DNA of 64,000 nucleotides from an uncultured virus (IMG/VR IMGVR_UViG_3300008113_011532) (lineage: Duplodnaviria; Heunggongvirae; Uroviricota; Caudoviricetes): IMG/VR virus record IMGVR_UViG_3300008113_011532. One strand, given 5' to 3'. Positions 57,951-64,000 of this stretch are shown here, in pieces; within the stretch, counting starts at the first letter, position 1; each line of letters begins with the position of its first letter. The position numbers were made by a program, and so were the translations under genes. Under the pieces are notes generated by a model. That model saw only the letters and a program-made list of their open reading frames with translations, was not told where the DNA came from and made no database searches.

Positions 57951-57985
57951 GAAAAGAACAAACAATCGATGTACTAGGAATATGA
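57947..57985 (+). CDS. 12-aa tag-only mini-ORF MRKEQTIDVLGI
   Basis: ATGA overlap at both ends, exactly bridging its neighbours. Confidence 0.6.
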   Translation: MRKEQTIDVLGI

Positions 57986-58266
57986 AACACATACTTAACC
58001 TCATACGAAACAGCGCCATCTACATCACAATCACGAACCTGGTGGATGTATACCGAGCAGCGACACACAGGCACGACTGGGTGTACTCGAGCCAAGAAGA
58101 GGAAATAGCCTTTGGAAACCAGAGACACCGTATAAAGCTGAACTTCAAAACAAGATACTGTAATAAGTGCGGCACAAAGGAAAGAAAAATACGCGAGACT
58201 TGGGCTCCGTGCTCACTCACAAAAGAAGAGCAAAGAGACAAGAAACTTAGTGACCTGGGCATATGA
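57982..58266 (+). CDS. C-tagged His/Cys zinc-ribbon protein
   Basis: HRHDW...RYCNKCG; ends QRDKKLSDLGI. Confidence 0.8.
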   Translation: MKHILNLIRNSAIYITITNLVDVYRAATHRHDWVYSSQEEEIAFGNQRHRIKLNFKTRYCNKCGTKERKIRETWAPCSLTKEEQRDKKLSDLGI

Positions 58267-58282
58267 CCAGGTTTTTTTGTGG

Positions 58283-58603
58283 CTAGATGCCGAGCTCGTC
58301 GAGCTTCCTGTCCCTCTCCTCGGTCAAGACCCACAGCATAGACTCGTGACCGGCCTCTGCCTCCTCCCAGGTGCAGTACCTCTGCTGAAGACCGTCGCGC
58401 GGACCGCCGAAGACCATCGTCTCGAAAAGTATAGGCCTGCCAAGCTCGTCACTGCCGTGCTCCATCGCGAGGAAGACCGTAGACAACTCCACGCCGTTGT
58501 GCTTAGCACGGCCTACGCTCAATCCCATATATTTGGAAAGGACCGCAAAGTCATCGCACGGCACTGCCCGCCTTTCATCGTCCAGTTTGTAGTAGCCAAT
58601 CAT
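58283..58603 (-). CDS. C-tagged conserved phage protein
   Basis: STVFL...PILFETMVFGG...QRYCTWEEAEAGH; ends ERDRKLDELGI; TACATTTG 4 nt upstream. Confidence 0.85.
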   Translation of the reverse strand: MIGYYKLDDERRAVPCDDFAVLSKYMGLSVGRAKHNGVELSTVFLAMEHGSDELGRPILFETMVFGGPRDGLQQRYCTWEEAEAGHESMLWVLTEERDRKLDELGI

Positions 58604-58634
58604 AATGCAAATGTAGTTATTTTATATATACGGA

Positions 58635-59087
58635 ATGAAGAGAATAAAGTCCTACGCACTTTTCGAGTCAAATCACGAAAGGCTTGAGAAGATGGAGAGC
58701 GACCTGAGGGCGCTCACCAGGCAGGTGTTCGAGCTCAGCCTGGAGCACATAGACGAGGGCGGGTACCTCGGCTACGCGATGACGATACCATCGCCCCAAG
58801 AGGGCGGGCTATACCACGAGGACACACTGAGTGTGAAAATCGCCAGCGGGATGATCGACAGCGAGAACCAGGAGATAAACTTCGAGTACGACAGCGTCGA
58901 CTGGGTCGAGCAGTCGCTGGCGGAGGGAATGAAGCCCGCCGTGTGGTTCTACCTGCTGACGGAGAACACGAACTCCAGGTTCGGCAAGGATATAAACTTC
59001 GACCAAGAGAAGACTGAGGAGCTGCAGCAGAGGGCGCTGGACGAGCTCAAAGAGCAATGGAAAGGAATAACGATATGGATAGGATAA
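58635..59087 (+). CDS. N-tagged hypothetical protein
   Basis: MKRIKSYALFES; VFELSLEHIDEGG. Confidence 0.8.
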   Translation: MKRIKSYALFESNHERLEKMESDLRALTRQVFELSLEHIDEGGYLGYAMTIPSPQEGGLYHEDTLSVKIASGMIDSENQEINFEYDSVDWVEQSLAEGMKPAVWFYLLTENTNSRFGKDINFDQEKTEELQQRALDELKEQWKGITIWIG

Positions 59088-59551
59088 GGAGGATAAAGAG
59101 CTGGAAGGCATTCGAGTCCGCACAATCTAAGAGCGCGGCCGACGTGCTGGCCGACATACTAGCCGTGGCACAGGACGTATACGACCTGTCGCTCGACAAC
59201 ATAGACAAGGAAGGATCGCTTAAGGTAATGGCTACGGTAGACAACCCGGCGAGCCAGAGCGGTGGCGGCGAGTACATATTCAGCGCGTCGTTCGACAGTT
59301 CATCCAGGCCGGAGGACTACACGTTCAGCCTGAACAACCTTGACGTTATACAGCAGGCAATAGACGCGGGCGGCGAGCCTGAGGTCGGCGTGTGCCTAAG
59401 CATGATCGACGAGGACGGCACTGAGCTGATGGACATAGAGGCCACGTACCTTCTCGAGGAGAGCCTCGACGAGCTCAACAGGCTCTGGCCCGGACTACAC
59501 GGAAAGGCGCTTGGCCCGTACGACTACCAAGAAAACTTCGACTACTTTTAG
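59075..59551 (+). CDS. N-tagged hypothetical protein, tandem paralog
   Basis: RRIKSWKAFES; VYDLSLDNIDKEG; LDELNRLWPG vs LDELKEQWKG. Confidence 0.8.
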   Translation: MDRIRRIKSWKAFESAQSKSAADVLADILAVAQDVYDLSLDNIDKEGSLKVMATVDNPASQSGGGEYIFSASFDSSSRPEDYTFSLNNLDVIQQAIDAGGEPEVGVCLSMIDEDGTELMDIEATYLLEESLDELNRLWPGLHGKALGPYDYQENFDYF

Positions 59552-59553
59552 AT

Positions 59554-60246
59554 ATGGCATCAGCATTAGGACCGAACGGCACCACAGAAGGGCTTGCGAT
59601 GATGTACGACGCAGGAAACACAAAGAGCTACCCCGGTGGCACACTGGTCTGGACCGACCTAATCAACGGATACAAAAAGACAAACGGCGACGACACACGG
59701 CTGTTTCTAAACAACGGCGCGCAGCTGGACAATGAAAGCGGAGGAAACCTCGTCTTCAACGGATCCGACATGTGGGCAAACCACGGTGCAGGCCTCGGAA
59801 ACGTTGTAAACCTAGGAAGCGCCGGGACGATAAACGTTTGGTTCAAGCAGACGGCGGCAACGCTCAACAAAGGACTGGTATCGATAGGCAACACTGTTTT
59901 CTACATAGGAGGAACCACAACAACACTATTGGCTATCTGGGATGGTAATGTAGGCTACTTCAACGGGCAGATTATACCGGACGACAGAAAGACGTTATGG
60001 AACATGGCGACCTACACCTGGTACGGACAAAACGTGGCCACCTACCTGAACGGAGCGGGGCCAGATAACGGAACACTACCAAACATAACGACCAGCGGTT
60101 TAGTTTACGTAGGCGTCTACGGAAACCTGAGCTTCTCATCCTACTTCAACGGAAAGATTACAAACATATCGGTGTACAACAGGGTTCTTAGCTCGCAGGA
60201 GGTGGCAGCCAACTACACGGCGATGAGGAAAAGGCACAACGTATAA
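59554..60246 (+). CDS. LamG-like jelly-roll protein
   Basis: YDAGNTKSYPG, WTDL, TINVWFK, YLNG, FNGKITNISVYNRVLS. Confidence 0.85.
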   Translation: MASALGPNGTTEGLAMMYDAGNTKSYPGGTLVWTDLINGYKKTNGDDTRLFLNNGAQLDNESGGNLVFNGSDMWANHGAGLGNVVNLGSAGTINVWFKQTAATLNKGLVSIGNTVFYIGGTTTTLLAIWDGNVGYFNGQIIPDDRKTLWNMATYTWYGQNVATYLNGAGPDNGTLPNITTSGLVYVGVYGNLSFSSYFNGKITNISVYNRVLSSQEVAANYTAMRKRHNV

Positions 60247-60253
60247 ATAGTAT

Positions 60254-61660
60254 ATGGGAGCATACGAAGGACCAAACATAGTGACAGCGAGCATGTCATT
60301 TTACGTAGACGCGGCCAACACGAAGTCGTACACCGAAATCGCAAACGGCTGGAAGGACCTCACAGGCAACGTACAGACGCCACTTTCAATGACCGGTACA
60401 AAATTCGTCCCGGTAAACGAAGGCATAGTCAACTTCGACGGCAACCAAGGAAGCTCGGCATCGAACGGTGAGAGCTTCTTCTCAACAAGCTCGAGGACCT
60501 TCGACGTCTGGGTAAGGAGGGAACAGGACGTAAGCACCTACAACATGGTCTGGGGTCTCTGGTTACCTTACCTGGCGATGATGAACACCGAAAAGTTCCT
60601 ATTCTCATATAACATGAACCAAGGATCCGGAAACAATCAAGCGACGCACAACTCTATCCAAAGCTTCGTGGACAACAGGTGGTACCACGTGACCTGTACT
60701 GTCGAATACAACATAGGCGTTTCCACCGTATCGAATATGTACATAGACGGTGAGTTAGACTCCACGATTACAACAGCAAATGTATTAACCACGACAATAA
60801 CACCTACGGATGTTCCTGCAGCACACAACCTCATACTCGGAAACTGGCACCCATCAAACACAAACACGAGGTTCAATGGCTCGATATCCAACTTCAAAAT
60901 ATACGAAAGAGTTTTGAGTGCAGAAGAAGTAAGAAGAAACTACCAGGCACACGTGACCAGGTTCTTGCAAGATATTCCATGGAAGGATATGATATTCTTC
61001 GTAGATGCTGGAAGGAGTAGATCATTCACCAAAATCGAGAACGGCTGGACGGACCTAACACAGAACCAATCAACGCTGCCAATATCAGGTGCATACTACG
61101 ACTCAAGCGGCGGCGGCTCGATCGCGTTCAACGGAATTGCCGGATCGGCATCCACATCGGTAGCCTTCGTCCAGTACGCGGAAATGACCTTCGACGTATG
61201 GTTTAATAGGACTTCCAGCGTTTCACTGAATTGCATCTGGAGCATCGGCAACACCCTACTGCAGTTCGAGGGAACTGGCCAATTCAGGTTCACCTGGGTC
61301 ACGAGATTGGGTGCGGCGTCTACAGGTGCAGGAAGAGAGGTGCTCTCACCTCTGTTCACCTACGTCGACGGGGTTTGGTACAACGTCACAACTACCCTGG
61401 TCCAGAACCTTGTGACCGGACTCTCGACGGCCAAGATGTACGTCAACGGAGAGTTGGTGGCAACAAACACTCCGACGTCGCCTTTGCTTGACCAGGTATG
61501 GCAGTCCACCTCCGGGATAAAAATAGGTTTATTAGGCGTTAACGCGTTCAGGCCCTTCAACGGTAAAGTTTCAAACTTCAAAATTTTCAGGCGCGTTCTA
61601 ACCGACGCCGAAGTCCTTAAGAACTACTTAGCAATGAAGGACCGATTTGGTCATCCATAG
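60254..61660 (+). CDS. Tandem LamG-like jelly-roll protein (two domains)
   Basis: Two repeats of DA..KS...W.DL...TFDVW...WY.VT...FNG.ISNFKI..RVL. Confidence 0.85.
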   Translation: MGAYEGPNIVTASMSFYVDAANTKSYTEIANGWKDLTGNVQTPLSMTGTKFVPVNEGIVNFDGNQGSSASNGESFFSTSSRTFDVWVRREQDVSTYNMVWGLWLPYLAMMNTEKFLFSYNMNQGSGNNQATHNSIQSFVDNRWYHVTCTVEYNIGVSTVSNMYIDGELDSTITTANVLTTTITPTDVPAAHNLILGNWHPSNTNTRFNGSISNFKIYERVLSAEEVRRNYQAHVTRFLQDIPWKDMIFFVDAGRSRSFTKIENGWTDLTQNQSTLPISGAYYDSSGGGSIAFNGIAGSASTSVAFVQYAEMTFDVWFNRTSSVSLNCIWSIGNTLLQFEGTGQFRFTWVTRLGAASTGAGREVLSPLFTYVDGVWYNVTTTLVQNLVTGLSTAKMYVNGELVATNTPTSPLLDQVWQSTSGIKIGLLGVNAFRPFNGKVSNFKIFRRVLTDAEVLKNYLAMKDRFGHP

Positions 61661-61681
61661 AATTCTCCTTACCTTCGTCCT

Positions 61682-62098
61682 ATGGACAAGGAAAGACTAG
61701 AACAGATGATGCTCAGGCTGCAGATGGCAGTGATTGAGATTGGAAGAGGCGAAGGCTTCGACATAAGACTATCGGAACCCGATCAACTATTCTCGGGAAG
61801 CCAGAACACACTCATCGCCAAGATGACAATCACCGAGACAAAACCGGAAGACCACATAGCCAACGAAGCGCTTTGCAGGAAGGTCGGCTTCACACAGAAC
61901 GTAATCGGCCAGTCGTTCACGCAGAACGGATCGCTCTACCGTATCGTCAACATAAAGACCAGGAACAGAAAGTACCCCGTGATCGCCTCTTCCAGACTGG
62001 GAGGGCTGTACAAGTTCTCCGTCGCGACCGTGAAGAGGAACCTCGGCGGCGACCAGCTCATAAACAGAAACGCGAACCTAGACAAACTCATATCATGA
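61682..62098 (+). CDS. C-tagged hypothetical protein
   Basis: KTRNRKYPVI; ends NRNANLDKLIS. Confidence 0.75.
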   Translation: MDKERLEQMMLRLQMAVIEIGRGEGFDIRLSEPDQLFSGSQNTLIAKMTITETKPEDHIANEALCRKVGFTQNVIGQSFTQNGSLYRIVNIKTRNRKYPVIASSRLGGLYKFSVATVKRNLGGDQLINRNANLDKLIS

Positions 62099-62541
62099 CA
62101 ATAGCAATAGTGGCGCTCGCGCTGACGACGCTCATATTCGGTATCTACATCATACACCTACACTCGAAGCTGTCGGACGCGATAGCGGACAAGAACAACG
62201 CAGAGACGCTCACGGCAGCGATGAAGAAAAAGACGACCGTCGAGGTGTCGCCAGGCGACACGGGACTAATACACAACTACGAACTTCAACACAATGGGAA
62301 GGATGGAGAAAAGTATGTATTTAGTGTAGACTTCGAGGTGAGCATAATCGAGATATCCGAGAAGCGACTCAAGGTGAGCGCCATCGACTACACGACCAAC
62401 GACGCATGGGCGAAGGACTCTACAAAGAGGCAGGGGATAATCAACTTCTTCCAGAACCAATGGGTTAAAAGAGACGAGGTAGAGATAATCTTCGACGACA
62501 GGAAGCGCAGGAACGACAAACTAAACGAACTTGGAATATGA
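62095..62541 (+). CDS. C-tagged membrane-anchored protein
   Basis: N-terminal TM helix; ends RRNDKLNELGI. Confidence 0.8.
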   Translation: MTIAIVALALTTLIFGIYIIHLHSKLSDAIADKNNAETLTAAMKKKTTVEVSPGDTGLIHNYELQHNGKDGEKYVFSVDFEVSIIEISEKRLKVSAIDYTTNDAWAKDSTKRQGIINFFQNQWVKRDEVEIIFDDRKRRNDKLNELGI

Positions 62542-62911
62542 TAGTTCCAACGTTCGAGGAGTTCGCACGCGACATCGGGATGCACCGCAAGGATGCGATA
62601 AAGCGCGAAATCCGCGAGATGAAGATAAACATACTCGAGGGCAAGTACATGTGCACCGACGCTTACTCTATACCCGAAAAGCCGATGATGTGGGAACCCT
62701 GCCCCACGGCAGGTCCACGGCGTGCGGGTGCGGCGACAGCCGGTACGACCACCACTCGATACACGCTGAGAGTGTCATGTCCGTAGTCGAGAGGTGCGGC
62801 GGCTCCGCGATGGAATACGAAACCGACGAGCTCAGGAAGAACTGGAACGAGTGGACGAAGACCAGAAAGGCCGTGACACACCAGTCGCTAAGGCAACAAG
62901 GAAAGTGGTAG
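62538..62911 (+). pseudogene. Frameshifted Cys-rich hypothetical gene
   Basis: Coding-like frame to WEPCP (about 62705), then continues in another frame as GRSTACGCG...HAESVMSV...NWNEW to the stop at 62911. Confidence 0.6.
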
Positions 62912-62948
62912 AACAAAAATAATATATATGGAAAACCAACAAGAAAAA

Positions 62949-63458
62949 ATGAGATACCTGAAATTCTACGAAGACTTCTCGGACAACAAGCTGGTCTTCG
63001 AAGCAGCGCTTCTCCTGAAACTGGAAGACTCGATGAAAGCCAAAATACTGGAACTTCTAAAGTCCGAAACAGGAGCAGAGGGACTTTTCCCGCTTCCTGA
63101 CGAGAAGCTGCACATCACGCTTACGAGCATAAAGAACTGCAAGGCGAACAAGGACACACTTAAGTCGAGCCTTCCGCAAGTCCCGTCGCCTGAGATCGAG
63201 TACCCGGCAATAGAGCTCGGAAGGACCACAATCGCCGAGAGAGCCGAAACAGGAAAGAAAAGCTTCGTGGTCGAGATAGCGAACCAGGAAGATCTGAAGT
63301 CGTTCGTCGACAAGGTTTACGCCGCGATGGGCGTCGAGAACCCTGAGCCGGAGAGACACTTCCACATAACGATTGCAAACAACGTCGAGAACAAGAAGGC
63401 GCCAGGGATGGCTGACCCGTTCGGCTCGATCGGAGACATAACAAAAGAAGATTTCTAA
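62949..63458 (+). CDS. N-tagged 2H phosphoesterase
   Basis: MRYLKFYEDF; two HxT motifs, LHITL and FHITI. Confidence 0.85.
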   Translation: MRYLKFYEDFSDNKLVFEAALLLKLEDSMKAKILELLKSETGAEGLFPLPDEKLHITLTSIKNCKANKDTLKSSLPQVPSPEIEYPAIELGRTTIAERAETGKKSFVVEIANQEDLKSFVDKVYAAMGVENPEPERHFHITIANNVENKKAPGMADPFGSIGDITKEDF

Positions 63459-64000
63459 TGAACGAAGTAAGAATATTTTTCGACCTAGACGGCGTGCTCG
63501 CCGACATGGAGGGAGGGCTGAGACAGAACCCAATCATACTAGAGCTCAGGGCGGTCGTGGACGAGCTGATCGACACGAAGTTCAACGACTACAAAGGCCT
63601 CGTGGACGACGACATCAAGACGAAGTTCAAGGCAGAGCTCGAAGCAAACCCGGAAAGCCCGGTGAAGGAACTCAAGAAAGCGTTCCAGAAGTACACATCG
63701 AAGGTGTTCAGCATCGCGGCCAAGCCAGGCTTCTACAGGAACCTGCCACTAATGCCGGGCGCACAGGAGATGGTGAAGAAGGCGGCCGAGCTGACCGGCA
63801 AGCTACCTAACATACTCTCTGCGCCGGTAGGCGACGAGAACGACGCAAACAACCCTTCAGTAATAGAGAAGAGAGAGTGGGTCGAGGAGCACTTCGGCGG
63901 AATGGTCGGTGATGTAATCATCACAATCGACAAAGGCAGCGTCGTTGAGAGCAAGAACGACATCCTTATAGACGACAGGCCAAAGTACGTCGAGAAGTTC
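63458..64000 (+). CDS. HAD-family 5'(3')-deoxyribonucleotidase (NT5C-like), 3' end cut by window edge
   Basis: IFFDLDGVLAD, FYRNLPLMPGA, ILSAP, EKREWV, ILIDDR. Confidence 0.88.
   Translation, partial: MNEVRIFFDLDGVLADMEGGLRQNPIILELRAVVDELIDTKFNDYKGLVDDDIKTKFKAELEANPESPVKELKKAFQKYTSKVFSIAAKPGFYRNLPLMPGAQEMVKKAAELTGKLPNILSAPVGDENDANNPSVIEKREWVEEHFGGMVGDVIITIDKGSVVESKNDILIDDRPKYVEKF

Noticed and set aside
1..64000. Alternative genetic code (stop-codon reassignment as in some large Bacteroidota phages)
   Set aside because: Known genes (ppsA, prkA, umuC, methyltransferases) are full length in code 11, and TAA, TAG and TGA all end genes at sensible positions. The single internal TAA at 51395 is isolated.
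1..64000. CRISPR array, integrase, transposase or intron
   Set aside because: No regularly spaced nucleotide repeats or recognisable recombinase, transposase or homing-endonuclease motifs were seen by eye.

Overview
Gene-dense accessory region of what looks like a large (jumbo/huge) dsDNA phage using the standard genetic code. The host is probably Bacteroidota, judged from TAnnTTTG-type promoters, signal peptides ending in Gln, a FISUMP protein and a T9SS-cargo-like protein. No capsid, terminase or replicative polymerase gene is in the window, so phage origin is inferred from gene content. It holds four tRNAs (Gly-TCC partial, Ala-TGC, Gly-GCC, Arg-TCG), a complete prkA-yeaH-spoVR operon, ppsA with two patatins, umuD/umuC, two orphan C5 DNA methyltransferases, scattered glycan/lipid-modifying enzymes, pspC, LamG proteins and many small hypotheticals. 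The most striking pattern is two mutually exclusive peptide tags. (1) About 21 unrelated proteins start with an MR/KxxxxF/YxxFxxE motif like the T4 capsid-targeting sequence and sit behind a WATATATA promoter-like motif. (2) About 22 unrelated small proteins end in R[DEN]x[KR][LI]xxLG[IL]* and mostly sit behind host-type promoters. In arrays the tag's last codons (GGN ATA TGA) also supply the next gene's ATG, AT-rich and GC-rich cassettes alternate at these junctions, and one 12-aa ORF is only the tag. All homology calls come from motif recognition by eye; no searches were run.
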